From: Vicugna vicugna
Taxonomy: Eukaryota
Direction of reading: 5' to 3'
DNA: 64,000 bases
NCBI GenBank assembly: GCA_013265495.1
Contig: MU058687.1
Location: 5,454,093-5,518,092 of the forward strand
Of this stretch, positions 12,691 through 26,973 are shown one piece after another; the first letter of the stretch is position 1, and each line of letters starts with the position of its first letter. The notes beneath the pieces are model-generated. The model had not been told where the DNA came from. It worked only from the letters and a program-made list of their open reading frames with translations, and ran no database searches. The translations under genes were made by a program, and so were the position numbers.

Positions 12691-13780
12691 TTAAAAATAG
12701 ACTATTTTTAGAACAATTTTAGACTCACAGAAAAATTGAGGGGAAAGTACAGTGATTTCCCATACACAAACTCCATATATGCATAACTTCCCCTAATATC
12801 AATATCCTCCACCAGAGTAGTACATTTGTTATACTTGATCAACCTACCCATCATTATCATCCAAAGTCCATCGTTTACAACAGGGTTCACACTTGGTACT
12901 TCCTATGAGTTTTGACAAATGTATAATGGCAAATATTCACCATTACAATATCTACAAAATAGTTTCACTGCCTTAAAAATCCTCACTGCTCTGCCTGTTC
13001 ATTTCTCGCCCCTCAAACCACTGGTTATCACTAATCTTTTTAAGTCTCCATAATTTTGTTTTTTTCTAGAATTTCATAGAGTTAAAATCACATAGTACGT
13101 AGCCTTTTCAGATTGCCTTCTTTCATTTAGTAATATGCTTTTAAGTTTTCCTCATGTTTTTTACAGGTTAATAGCTTATTTCTTTTTACTGCTGAATAAA
13201 ATTTCATTATCTGGATGTACCACTTTATTTATCTACCCACCTACTGAAGGATGTCTTGGTTGCTTCCAAATGTTGGCAATTACGAACAAAACTGCTATAA
13301 ACGTCTACATCCAGGATTTTGCGTAGACCTAAGTTTCAACTCCTTTGAGTAAATACCAAGGAGCATGATTGCTGGATCATTATGTTAAAAGTATGTTTAC
13401 TTTTGTAAGAAACAGCCAAACTGTCTTCCAAAGTGGCGGTACCATTTTGTATACCCACCAACAATGAATGAGAGTTCCTGTCCAGCTTTTGATATCTGAA
13501 TTCCGGATTTTGGCCATTCTAATAGGTGTCTAGTGATATCTCACCTTTGTTCTAATTTGCATGCCCCTAATGACATAATAACGTGGAACAGATTCTCAAA
13601 GACTATTATTATCTGTTTATCCTTTTTTAGTGAGGTATCTGTTCAGGTCTTTGACCCATTTTTTAATCAAGTTGTTCATTTTCTTATTGTTGAGTTTTAA
13701 GGGTTCTTTGTATATTTTGGGTAATAGTCCTTTATCAGACATGTCTTTTACAAATATTTTCTCTCAATCTGTCAATTGTG
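12691..13780 (-). mobile_element. L1MC-type 3' end
   Basis: Antisense terminus 'tagactatttttagaacaattttagactcacagaaaaattgag' followed by antisense L1 3'UTR/ORF2 end. Confidence 0.85.
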
Positions 13781-13854
13781 TTCTCAAGCCCTTGAATCTA
13801 TGCAGCTTCTACTGTTTATATTATATCACTTATTCTGTATTCAACAGTTTACCT

Positions 13855-14240
13855 TTGTTATTGTGGCATATATACATAATATAAAATATAAGATTTCAAA
13901 TAATGTAAGTGTATAGTTCAGCCAGCAGCACTAAGTACATTCACATTATTGTGTCACTTCACCCCATTCATCTCTAGAGCTTTTTCATCATCGCAAACTG
14001 AAACTCTATACCCATTGAACAACTCCCCATTCCTCCTTCCTCCAGCCTCTTGTAACAACTATTCTATTCTCTGTCTCTATGAATCTGACTATTGCAGGTA
14101 TCTTGTATAAGTGGAATACCATATTTATCTTTTTATGTCTGACTTATTTCCCTTAGCATAACATTTTCAAGGTTCATCCATTAGCAAGTGTCAGAATTTT
14201 ATCCCTTTATAAGGCTGAATAATATTTCATTGTATGTCAT
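13855..14240 (-). mobile_element. L1MB-type 3' end
   Basis: 'aagtgtatagttcag...aagtacattcacatt...aaactgaaactctatacccatt...ttcaaggttcatccat'. Confidence 0.85.
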
Positions 14241-14599
14241 CATTTTAAAATGTCTCATAAATCCTCATTACATCAAAGCCATCAAGCCAAACATCCTTGG
14301 CCAGCTAGCTGATAACCTGTATAACCACATGAGCAAACTGACCAGAATCAATAAATGATGTGCATGATCTCGTCCACAATACTATTTAAGAGAACTCAGT
14401 GTTCTTTGTGTCCTCAAACGTCTCCCTTCCATACCTCTGACGCTGTTTAAAATTCTACAGGCTAAACTCAAATGTTCCTAATAAACAGTAACTTAATAAG
14501 ACAATAACATCTTAAAATGGTTTAAATTTACTGCTATCTTTTGTGACAGGAGACCTTGAGAGGAAAAGAAAGGAAACTTTTTTTGGTTTTTTTGCTTCT

Positions 14600-14800
14600 T
14601 AGTACAATATGACACTGTGTCATTTAATGCTCATATCAGCTCCATAAACTAGGACTGATAATCCTCCTCTTGAATATGAGGAAAGAGACACTCAGACGGG
14701 TTCAGCAACTGGGACCAGATGAACCACTTGCATGGATGTGGGGAACTGGATTTCATTTTCAGGCCTGAAGGATTTTTTTACTACACCGTGCTGCCTACCA
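14600..14800 (-). mobile_element. MIR SINE
   Basis: 'tcatttaatgctcat...atatgaggaaagagacactcaga'. Confidence 0.6.
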
Positions 14801-15814
14801 GGAAGACATATAATTCAAGAAAGAAAAAGAAAAGAAAGAGCATACCAAAGAACAGCTCCATCAACTGCCTAATTTTGTCCAAAGCTAGCCTGGGTTGTCA
14901 ATTCAACTGATCTATGTCACTAGAAGTTGTTCTTAATCATGAATGACTGATGTAAAACACATCAAAACTAAGATAAATATTTGGTCCATACTGAACCTTC
15001 CCAACTGAAACTACAGATTTACCAGGAAAAATAAAATGCTTGATTGGCTTACTTAAGGAAGTAATCTGTCTCTAAGCCATTATGCCCAAGGTGGCTCCTG
15101 TAAATTGATTTTTTCCCTATGGATGAGAGAAAAAATGCCAGGCTTACATTTTGTAAGTCGTTAAAGTGTTTGAAATCCCTGCTCTTAGAAGTTTCCTCCT
15201 GAGACAGTAACGAAATTATTCTTTCTGGTCTTCAAGAATATTTCTCAGAGTATATGGAGGTATAAACTGGTCACTATACTTCAAATACTAAAACATTCTC
15301 AACGAGCTGTCTTCCCCCAGGTAATTCTAGTGTCTTTCAGCCTATTTTCTAAATTAGTCAGAATTTTCTTGGACTTTAATAAGAACGGCAAGACTGAGAA
15401 AGAGACAACTCATCTGAGGCTGTCTAGTATTAGCTATGATCCATAATTGCCAAGTGCATCTGCTAATATCAAGCATAAACATCAAAGCGGTTTTATTAGC
15501 TCAGTGCACATTAAACTAAACTAACCTAAAGTGATATTTATTAAAACATGGGAAGACAGTGCTGTATTACCCAGATTTTAAAATGTATCTTACTATAGTG
15601 CTTTAATTTTATAAACTAAATTATATAGAGATACAGATAGAGACAGGAAGGACAGGTAAACACAGATAGAGAAACAGAGATGAGTACATGAAATGGATAT
15701 AGTCAGACTATTTCTAGAGGAAATATAAGCACAGCTGTTAAAAGTGTTATAAATAACTATTATAAGACATATTCCTATGCCGCTTAGTTTATCACAATTT
15801 GGAGGTTACCTCAT

Positions 15815-17360
15815 TTTTTAAGCAACTTTACTGATATTTAATTTACATACCATAAAGCTCATTCATTTAAAGCATACAACGGATTTTAGTATATTTAAGA
15901 TTTGTACAACTATCATCATGATCTTAACTTGTGAACATTTTCATCACTCCATAAAGAAACTTAATCCCCATTTAGCAGTCACTCCCATTTCCTCCCTCAG
16001 CCCTTCTCCCATTCATGGGCAACTACTGATCTACTTTCTGTCTCTGTGGATTAGCTTATTCTAAGCATTTCATATAAGCAGAATCCTAGCACATGTGATC
16101 TTCTTTGACTGGCTTCTTTAAATTAGCATACCGTTTTTGAGGTTCTTCAATGTTACAGCATGTAGCAGTGCTTCATTGCTCTTTATAATGGAATAACACT
16201 CCATTGTATGGCTATCACATTTTGTTTTTCCATTTATCAACTGGTGGATATTTGGATTGTTTCAAATGTTTTGGCTATTAGTAAGTAATGCTGCTATGAA
16301 TATTTGTATAAGCATTTCTGTGTGAACATATGTTTTCATTTCTCTGATTCTGAGAATCAGCTGAGTCATATGGTAAATCTATCCTTAACCTTTTGGGGAA
16401 CTACTAAACTGTTTTCCAGAGTAGTTCTACCTTTTACAATCCCACCAGCAATGTGTGAGAGTTCCAATTTCTCACATCTCTACTAACAATTGTTATTTTC
16501 TCTCTTTTTTATTAAGCCATTCCATAGGTATAAAGTGGTATCTCATTGTGGTTCTGATTTGCATTTCCCTAATAACAAACAATTTTGAGCATCTTTTTAA
16601 GTGCTTATTCAACATTCTTGTATCTTCTTTAGGGAACTGCCTGTTTAAACCCCTTGTCCATTTTTTAATTAGGTTGTTTGTCTTACTGAGTTGTAAAACT
16701 GTTCTAGATTAAATTGCCTAAGCAGATATATGATTGCAAATATTTTCTCCCATTCTGTGGGTTATCTTTTCACCTTCTTCTTGGTGTCCTTTGAAGCACC
16801 AAAGTCTTTACTTTTCATGAAGTGTAACTTACCAATCTTCTCTTTTATTATGTTTTGATGTCATTCCTAAGAAATCACCCAACATAACAGAGAATCACTA
16901 CTGCTTTCTTCTAAGAACTTACTAGTTTTAAGTCTAGAATCTACCTTGAGTTCATTTTTTGTACATCATATTAGGTAGAAGTCTAAATCCATCCTTATGC
17001 ATATGAATATTTAGTTATCCCAACACTTTTGTTGAAAAAAAACCATTCTTGCCTCTACTGAATTGACTTGGTCCCTTTGTCAGAAATCAATTGACCAAAA
17101 TGCTAGGGTTTATTTCTAGATTCTTAATTCTGTTCCACCAATCTATATGTTTATCCTCATGCCGGTACCACAATGTGTTGATTACTTATAGCTCTGTAGT
17201 AGGTTTTGAAATGGGGAAGTGTGAGTCTTCCAACTTTGTTCTTCTTTTTCAAGATTGTTTTGGCTAGTCTATGCAGTTCCATGTGAATTTTAGAATCTGT
17301 TTGTCAATTTCTCCCAGAAAGCCAGTTGGGATTCTGATAGGGAAGTACATTGAAACTGTA
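15815..17360 (-). mobile_element. L1MB7/8-type 3' portion
   Basis: Continuous antisense L1 from 'caactttactgatatttaatttacataccataaa' to 'gttgggattctgataggg'; ORFs 16304-16712 are antisense L1 readings. Confidence 0.9.
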
Positions 17361-17669
17361 AGAGGTTAAATCTTGAATATCTTTCATTAGGTACAAACTA
17401 TTATGATTAATTATGCAATAAAAGGCTGTATAATTACTTCACATTTGATGAAAAGTTAAAAATATGGTTGCACTTTATAAGCAGTTGTCAGCAATAACAA
17501 ACATGTTAGGTAGTAAAACAATCAATTATGACACATAGGAGGGGCAGAAGGAAATAATCTGGGATTTTTTTAAAATGTTTTTATCTATGGGAGCAAGATT
17601 CAAGAACTACAAAAATACTAAAGATATAAAAAAATATATTGGCCCCAAAATACAAAAACTAAAAAATTT

Positions 17670-18205
17670 AAATGTCTATCAGCAGATGATTGGATAAAGA
17701 AGTTGTGGTATATTTATACAATGGAATACTACTCAGCCATAAAAATAATAAAATAATGCCTTTTGCAGCAACATGGATGAAACTGGAGATTGTCATTCAA
17801 AGTGAACTAAGCCAGAAAGAGAAAGAAAAATACCATGTGATATCACTTATATGTGGAATCTAAAAAAAAAAAAAGACAAATGAACTTATTTATTAAACAG
17901 AAAGAGACTCACAGACATAGAAGACAAACTTGTGGGTACCAGAGAGGGGAAGGGGCTAGGAAGGGATAAATTGGGAGTTCGAGATTTGCAAATACTACAT
18001 AATGTATATAAAATAAACAACAAGTTCATACTGTATAGCACAGGGAACTATATTCAATATCTTGTAGTAACTTAAGGTGAAAAACATATGAAACGAATAT
18101 ATTTATGTTCATGTATGACTGAAGCATTATGCTATACACCAGAAATTGACACAATATTGTAAACTGACTATATGTCAATAAAATATATATATATATACAA
18201 AAAAA
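17670..18205 (+). mobile_element. Lineage-specific L1 3' end (camelid-type tail)
   Basis: 'gcagcaacatggatg...gggataaattgggagttcgagatttgc...ccagaaattgacac...ctgactat', ends in A/(TA)n tail. Confidence 0.9.
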
Positions 18206-19685
18206 GGTATCAACAAAAAAAATTAAATTCATAGATGTTCAATTTAATGTCTACAAATGTAATTTTATATCAACTAGCCCATTGCAGCCTAACTCTTAAA
18301 ATTATTATATATCAATATAACATTGAAGTCATAGGAATATACAAGTTCACACATGACAAACCAAAATCACAAAACTAAAAAGTTACAGCAAAGATTTTTA
18401 CATATTTGATTAAATAAAAATTGATAATGTTTGTGATCATTCTAATTTTATACATCAAACATTGCTTAGTGTAAGACCTGAAAAAAACCAGAAAACCTAT
18501 TGTCATTAAAGTTCTTTAAAAAAATGTCCTGGAATCAACTATAAAGGAATCACATAAATTCTCAACTCTGCAGAATGAAAGTCTTTTATGTGTTTCTTTG
18601 AAATGTAAACAAATCACATAATATCTTTGTTGTGGTCTCTTACTCTACAATATAGAAGTTAAGCAATATTAGATCATACAATAGTCTAAGAAAAAGCACT
18701 TCTCCCTTTGACCTAGTTTCAAAAGCATTTTGCCTTGGCTTTCAAGATGAATAAATATGCTTGTTAAAGTACTGGATCAGGCAATCCACCCTTAGTAATG
18801 CATTCTATTAATTAGCATCTGGTCCCTGTTAATTTTTAAATTCTACTTGGAAAAAAAATGCTTTATTGTATAAGCCTTCTAATTTCTCTTTTACTAAATG
18901 ATTGTATATTGGTTGCCCAGAGGATCTCTAGTTATATCTAGCCTTTGATTATCCCTTTTAATAGGAACACAAACTTACAAAGATATTCCCACAGCTAAAC
19001 GAGTACCATGAATCAAGAAACTTGAAAGTAACTTCCCTTGTAACCACCTTAGTTATTCCATAAATGTTTAAATATTAGAATGATCACTTTCTTCAATGAA
19101 GACATTTCTACAAAACAGCCATTATTATCTATTGTATTTCTGAAGTGTGACTATTTTTGGTATGTAGGAAAGATTTACAGACAGTAAATACATTTTTGCC
19201 CAGAAACAGCTAAAGGAAAAATGTTATTCATAATTCTTAGCTTTATTAAGACAGAAAATATTGGCAACGAGATTGTGACTATTTCCTTTTCAAACTAGTT
19301 GGCATTTCCTAGCTCCAGATGCACTCGAAATCTGAAGCTCACTGAGAAGAGTGAGTGATTTCATGTTCTTTGTCTAATAAACGATTCAGTAGTCCTCCCT
19401 TTAGTACTTGAACTATACCTTAAGCTAAGGTGCTAATTGAACAATAAAAATCTAAAGATAAGAGTGTATTTGCAAATGTAGCATATTTCTATTGCTATTT
19501 GTGATGTATATAATTGGTTCCGGAAATGCTCAATGTACCAGTATCTAAAAGGTTGTGCCAAAAGAAACTGACAAATTGTTTAACCTCTTGGTAACTTAAT
19601 ATCATAATTTTAAAAAATTGAGTCTCATACATAGGTAGGCAATACTACCTGCTACTATGAATATCTGAATCTTATATAAACTTAC

Positions 19686-19699
19686 CAGATTATTCACAG
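19686..19699 (-). other. Candidate 14-nt microexon (CTGTGAATAATCTG)
   Basis: Minus strand gatcttttattttag|CTGTGAATAATCTG|gtaagt; no transcript evidence. Confidence 0.2.
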
Positions 19700-19798
19700 C
19701 TAAAATAAAAGATCAGAATATCTAAAGACTTAATTGACTATTATAATTAATTTCTTATGAAATAGAATAAACAAACATATATCAAAGTACACCTTTCC

Positions 19799-20035
19799 AA
19801 GGGTGGGAAGGGATAAATTATAGGAGTTTGAGATTTGCATATGTTAAGCCACTGTATATAAAAATAGATTTAAAAAATTCTTCTGTATGGAAGAGAAAAC
19901 TATATTCAGTATCTTACAGTAACCTTTAATGAAAAAGAATTTGAAAACAAATATATGTGTGTATATGCCTGACTGGAATATTGTACGGTGCACCAGAAAT
20001 TGACACATTGCAACTGACTATACTTCAAGGGAAAA
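19799..20035 (+). mobile_element. 5'-truncated lineage-specific L1 with 15-bp TSD
   Basis: TSD aaagtacacctttcc (19784-19798) / aaagtacatctttcc (20036-20050); L1 3'UTR 'gggaagggataaatt...ccagaaattgacacattg'. Confidence 0.9.
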
Positions 20036-20689
20036 AAAGTACATCTTTCCTTTGATATATTGTAGAACTAACCATGTTCTACAACATATTCAGCCAGAAG
20101 AATATTACTTCTTTAAAATCAAGAAAAAAATTATCTTTAGCTTCAACAGGCAGTACTGAATTCTACTGGATTCTTTCAGACTGTTGGCTCTCCACCATTG
20201 TTCCCTTTATCTGTGAGTCTTTCACAGTTCTGTGAGGAGACGGTTTATGGATGAGAACACCTAAATTTGAGAGAAGTTGATTGAGGTCACACTGCAAATA
20301 AAGACGGAATCTTGACCTAACTTCTCCCCTTTAGAATGCTGAAAATTTCAGCTCTGCCTCAGGAACTACCCTCAGATTGTACCCAAACTCCATGACTCTC
20401 AGAAACATAAAGACCTTCTTATTTACATCACCCATTCTCCATAGCAGGCAACAAGAAAAGTATAGTTTTGTTTTTTTTTTTATAAAAGCTTGGCTGTGAA
20501 TCACCATCCATGAAAATTATGTGGACTAATGCCATTCCCTATGTATACTATGCCTGCTTCTGTGTTAATTCTGTCTTCACCTCACCCTCTCTCTCACCAC
20601 CACTTACTGCAAATCTTGAACCTTGAATTTGGTGTTGGCCAAAAACTGGAATGTACCCTGCTTCCAAAGATTTTTATCAATAACAATCA

Positions 20690-20830
20690 ACATGGCCCCA
20701 TTTATTAAGCATTTCCTAATAATAAGTGTTTCCACACTTGTCTGTATGGTGAGTACTTTACGAATAATTGCATTTAAACCTTTCAACAAGTCTATGAAGT
20801 GGGTATTATTTTTCATATCTGCCCCTTGTC
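20690..20830 (-). mobile_element. MIR fragment
   Basis: 'catttattaagcatt...catttaaacctttcaacaagtctatgaagtgggtattatt'. Confidence 0.6.
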
Positions 20831-21849
20831 CCTCCCCTTGAAATGAAACAAGACGTTCTTCTTGGAGCTCACACACTGGTGAGAAAAAGACAGTGTGCTC
20901 ACTAAGCAGCCAGGAACCAGTTGCTGAATAGCAGTGGATAGGGAGGTAACAATTATTAAGTATGGACCTTGATTTCACATCTAAATGGTTTAATGAAACT
21001 AAGAAAGTATGTCACTTTTAAATTTAATTCACTGAAGTTATGCAGTGCATAATAACTTCTCTTTGGTGTTGCCTGCATAATCTTCCCTAATCTTCACAGC
21101 AACCCTGATGAGAAAATATTGTTATGACCCAATTTTCAGGAGAGGAGACTCATATATGTTGAGAAACCTATGTAAAAATCTGCTAGCAAATGGCAGATGT
21201 GACAGCTGTCTTTATCTTTTCTCTCCAGACTTTATATACTTTGAAATGTGCCATGACTATATATTTAAAACTATATATATGTATATACCAGTATGTGTAC
21301 ACACATGCGATTGTATCTCAAAGAAATGCAACTGGCTTACAAGACTGAATTACTTAACACAGAAACTAAAAACATCTCAACAGTGGCCCCTGTAAGAAAG
21401 TTAAAAGTTCAAATACAGTGAATTGATTCAGAAATTTATGAACATAAAATTAAAAATCTATTTTAATCTCATCTTTTAAAGCTCATATTTTTCATCTGTA
21501 AACTAGAGGTAGTTATTACGGGATTTTGTGTTATTTTAAAAATGCAACTTTATTTTGATTTATAAATGGGTAGATATTAGGGACAACGGCACCACAATCT
21601 TTTCAGATCTGAAGGCCTCTAAAACTCTGAACTCAAAGCTGACAATACAGAACACTCCTTAAAGCTCTGTAATATTGAAGGCAGAGAAATAGGGTTGTAG
21701 CTTGAAGAGGAAAATGTAAGTAAAGAGTCATTGGTATGGATGGGAAAAATGAAATTAAGACAAAATAACATACTACATTTGTTACCAAGTGATCATGAAC
21801 TACAAAGCACAGATCATGTTTCAAATACAAAAGAACTGAGATGGTGACA

Positions 21850-22085
21850 ATCATAACAATACTTAACATTTCCTTAATGTGTATAATATGCCAAGAACTT
21901 AAATGCATCCTCTCACTTAATCCTCACATCAACTCCATGGGGTGTTATTATTATCAGTTGCATTTTGTAGATAAGAAACTAAGATGTAGATAAGTTATGA
22001 AAGAGCCAAGGTCACCTAGCTCATGAGTGGTCTGAGCCATGGTTCCTGGAGTGTGGGCCACCAGCAGCATTCTCTTAAGCATAAG
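21850..22085 (-). mobile_element. MIR SINE
   Basis: 'ctcacttaatcctcacatcaactccatg...ttttgtagataagaaactaag...ccaaggtcac'. Confidence 0.8.
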
Positions 22086-23339
22086 GGGAAGGGAGAAAGT
22101 GAAGAGAAGCATAAAACATGGAGCTGCCAACCCATGCAAATTTACAAAACAGAGCAATTAGGGCAATTTCAAACTCAAAAGTTAAAAAATGTATAGTACC
22201 TTTATGGCAGCTCATACATTAAAAATGGAGGAAGTTCTATAGCAACAGGGGCTTAATAGAAAGAATAAAATTGACCCTAGGAAGTAGATAAAATGTGTAA
22301 TTAAACAAATCCGTTTAAGCTGATTCTTCCTGTGGAGCAGCCATATGATGGAAGTGGGGAGGGGAAAGTTAAGAGGGAGGGTGCTGAAAGGGAGGAGAGG
22401 AGAGGAGATGAGAAATAATGACTGAAAAGAAGCCAGAGACTCATCCTAAGAGAGATGCAAGGAATTCTCATCTAAAGCCACGAAAAGAGAACAACAAGTT
22501 TAGTTGTCACGAAAATCTAAAACATTTGGGCAACTATTTCAGTTAATTGCTCTAAGTAAGCTTTGGAAAATTATTTCCTAGCTAATCTCCTCTTAGAAAG
22601 AACAGAGGAACATTAAGTAATTTGATCACAATCATTACGAGAGAGGTTTATATAAAGTTCCCTGTTTCTCAGAGCCTCACCTTAACTCTTGATATCCATA
22701 TCACCATTTCTCATCCCAGAGTACTGAAGCCAAAACTGTGCAATCATGAATAAAGGGTAAACATGCTGCTGTGGGTTTGTTTTCCCTTACTCAGGGCTTT
22801 CTGTGGGGTGTATATGGGAGGAGTTACATCATGCATAGACAACTGTATTCATTTCATCAGCTGATTATAGACATCCTTCCCAGCAAAGCTTCTATCCCTG
22901 ATAATGCTCAACTCTATTACCCAACCCTGAGACACAATGAAAGATTCATGAGGACAATGACAGTACAGAGGTGTGAAATGAGAAATGAAATTATTTTAAT
23001 TTGTTGCTCAGTCACAATGTGTTCTCTATAAAACAGTGGGGCAAGCTGCCTCCATGATCAAAAATAAATCTTTATAAACTATGGCAACTCATACTTCAGT
23101 TATCATCGCTGCAGAATGCTGATGAGAAGCAGAAGCTAGGCATGCCTCCGAATGACTAGTACGCGTTCACTCTCAAAGCGAGTATCTAAAGCTTCAATAA
23201 TTCATTCAGTAAAAACCTTTGGACTCTCACTCAAAAGCATTTTACTTTTATTTTATATACGATTCTAAAAAATTTGGTATAGCATAGTATTCATCTAAAT
23301 CACAGTCACAGGCTCTCCCGTATGTTACGTTTCACACAT

Positions 23340-23480
23340 TATTTGGTAAGAGATTTAGTCTTTTGAAGCCTCCATTTCCCCACCTGTAAAATGAGCATAA
23401 AATATTCACATTTCATAGGATTGGCATGAGGATATAATAAGCACATTCACATAAAGTATAAACACAGAGCAAGTGCCTTA
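23340..23480 (+). mobile_element. MIR fragment
   Basis: 'gcctccatttccccacctgtaaaatgag...cataggattggcatgaggat'. Confidence 0.7.
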
Positions 23481-24371
23481 GAGTTTAAATACAGATTTCT
23501 TCCCCCATAGAACCTAGTAACACATAGTGAACCAATTACCTTATCAGATGCTCAATCAGAGAAACAGCTATTCCTTCCAATGCCAAAAAAGAAACTATTC
23601 TGGAGTTCTTGAGAGATTGTACATTGATCTCCACAGTGGAAACTTCCTAGGGGATTTTCAAGGGTAATTTTAATTTATATAATTGTCTTTTATTGCCAGC
23701 ATTAACATCTCCCTAAGAATTCAAAATGCACAGCAATCTGAACTTAACCACTACAGGGGTAAACGGCCCTTTTAACCTCATTGCCCGGCATTATAGCCGA
23801 GTACCATATTCAGTGTTCTTAATTGTTACGTCCATAAGGAAGGGTTTAGTGTGTGTTCTCTAAAGCTCTGGAAAATGTATTATCCTTTTTCTAATTCTGT
23901 TTTCTGAATTTCTGGATTGAAAGTTGGTAAAAAGGTGACAGGTAATCCATAGAAATTCTAGCCAGTTGGGAGATCTTGTACTTCTAGGTATAGCTCCCTG
24001 CCTTCATATACTCATGCAGAATGATTAGAACCTAGAAATGAACTACTTTATGAAATAAAATAACGTAAGTAGAGAATGAAGTCAGCTCTGTTCATTGTTT
24101 TCATGTATAGCTCAACATAAATACTTCTGTTAACTTTATACATACTAATTTTCCTATTATTGCTATCGCAATACAAAAAGCTTATCACAATTTATTGCAT
24201 AAAAAGCATACATTATCACAATTGATTTCCACAATCGTCACATAAGAGGAAAACAGGGCAGGTATTATTTCCCCTGTTTTTTCAGTGTGGCCAAAGTTAC
24301 CTATATCCCAAGGCAGAGAAATGAGTGAGTGAATGGATTCAATTTTTCCCACCATGCTGTACTCCCTTAAA

Positions 24372-24462
24372 AGACAGAGAGAGAAGGAAGAAGAGGAAGG
24401 AGGGAGGAAGGAAGGAAAGGAAGAAAAAAGAAATAGAAAGCAGGGAGGAAGGGAAAGAGAAA
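24372..24462. repeat. GA-rich low-complexity tract ((GGAA)n-like)
   Basis: Near-pure purine run. Confidence 0.8.
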
Positions 24463-26779
24463 ACTGCTTTAATTTTTAAATGCAGTGAAAATCTAATGAA
24501 ATAGAATTTTTTTAATGTTTTAGTTTATTAACATTTACTTTCAGATCTACCCTCTTATAAAAAGAGATGTTATCATCTCTGTTCCCAGAATTATTTGAGA
24601 AGTTAAAGGGACAAGTATCTGTCCTTGAGGACTGAAAAAGTAACAGGTAGACCAGAAAGTCTGCTGGAGTCCATTCTAAGCCAATAGTTAATATTCAAAA
24701 AGAATTTACAACTACTTTTATCTCTTTTTGGAAAAAGTTCAGTTCCTTAAATATGGAGTACACCTACTATTCCAAAGAATGCTAAGGAGATACAGCGGTA
24801 GATGAGATGCCTGTAAAAACCAACATGTACTGTGGCTGTCTCTGAGAGTGTGTGAGGTTAAGGGAGTTCCTCTGGCATATCTCTATTTCCAAATTTGTGT
24901 GTAATTAGCATACATTTGTTTTGGAATAAGAAATCAATAACAGAGAAATGTAAGGGAAAGGATATAGTATGGCATTGTCTTACTTTCCACTAGAATAGAC
25001 ACCGCCCATGTTAAATTCCTTTGGAAATGCCATGCTGAAAGAGAGGGGAAGCCCACAGTGGTTGAGCAGTTGCTGTGTCCAGGCATTTGCCATTTCCTTT
25101 TTTTTTTTTTTTAAGAAAAACTTCACATTAACCATAGCTTATAAAAATTTCAACTACAACCACTGGTTAACTTAAAACCTTAGTGCATGAAGAACTGAAC
25201 CACATGTTCTTTATAAACAGGTTATAAACATTCTTATTTACCTATCACCCCAACTTTGCAAAGAAAATTTTTATTGCTCTCTTTTTACAGATTTGGAAAC
25301 TGATTCTTGGTGAGGTTATATGACTTGCCTTTGCTCACACAACAAGGTTTCAGACCCCAAGTACAGTGTTCTTTTCACATTGTCATGACACCTTTCTTTC
25401 AATCCTGCAGACAATAATGGGTTTGCCCCTTGCTGAGTCTTGATGTATGACTAAAATAGAAAAACATGTGAAGTCCCTCATAGTTGCATATTTCTTTTTA
25501 TCTGTAACTCTCAAATACATCAAATATCGATTCCTATTGAATTATCCCTAGTCCCAATAAACTATTGCACCAAGTCCCTTATATCCAATAAATTGGTTTG
25601 CTTGCTGACCAAGTTTTCCCACTGGAGAAAATGGAACAGTCAGCCATTTGTTTTAAATCAACGTAGCTCAAACAATTGCCCTCAGTGTTCTGTAGTTAAT
25701 ATTGGCTACATACGTAATACCATCCTGAAATTTTAATTTGTTCATTTCAGATTAGAAGCAAAATGTGGAATAAACAGAAAAGATTCATGTTAAACCTAGA
25801 GAATTTCATTCAGTGAAAGAAAAATTCTAGAATTATAAACTAGTGAAAGGAAAGGGGTTTTAAAAAGTCAGCATGTGGTCAGAAAGGTTCAGACTGAAGT
25901 AATACTGATTATCAAGATATTAAAGATTCCAATATCTGGAGAAAGACTAATATTTAAGGGAAAAAATCAGAAAAGTGATTAGATATTCACTGGAAATAAA
26001 CTGACTTCTAGTCATCAGGAAAATATTTTTTCTTAGGAAAGTTTAGTGACCAGAATTAAGGACAAGAGAGACTTTTGGGATGCCCATGAGGTTTTGTTTC
26101 TTAATCTCAGTACTGGTTATGATGAAACTTAATTTGTATATTTTCTCTTTGTATATTGCAGTTCAATAAATGTTACTAAGAAATGGGTTCTAACTGGGAA
26201 GACTAAAAACACCCTCAATGGTCTTTAAATGATGGTTTTGCATTTCTGTCCTACAGATTTAAAAAAAAAAAGAGTCATGAGAAGCACTTAGGTATAGTGG
26301 ATATCTATTCTTTTGCAAAAGAGAAAAGAAAATATTTCTTAAAATCATTCCACTAAGGGGAAAAAAAAGACAAATTCCTCCTGGTTCTTGTATTCCATAA
26401 GTATTTGACCTGGGATAAGGAGGAGTCTGAAGTCCTCATACACAACAGGCCCCCAATTAACTCCCCTTTCTTCTACACGCACGTGCACACACGCCCAAAC
26501 AGACGCACCCACATACACATGTTCCAAACCGTGTAAACCATGCCTGAAAATTAAGCTTCATCCTATAAAGAATCACCTTTGTGTACATGATTCATATACT
26601 CACATTTCTAAGGGCTAACTATAAGATAATCTTCATTAGCCAACAAGCCAAAAGTGGGTCATACGGATATTGCTGATCCATGAAATCCTTACTTTTAAAG
26701 TTGATCATTTTAACCCCCAATTCTATTTAAAGCCTATTAGAAAATAATTAAAAATAGAAAACTTAACTTCAACAGAAGC

Positions 26780-26973
26780 TAGTAATTCTCAGAATTTAGA
26801 ATTCATAAGGATCATGTGGAACATTTGATGGAAACATACATTTTTAAACCTTATGTCAGAGACACTGATTCAGTAGATCTGTAGGGATAGCCCCGGGGAT
26901 GTATGCTTTCTACAATCATGCCAGGTAATTCTGAAGCAGATAATCAGCACACCACACACCTTGATAAACACTG
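26780..26973. mobile_element. MER5-type hAT-Charlie MITE
   Basis: 'ctgattcagtagatctg...ccaggtaattctga...accacacaccttgataaacactg'. Confidence 0.7.
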
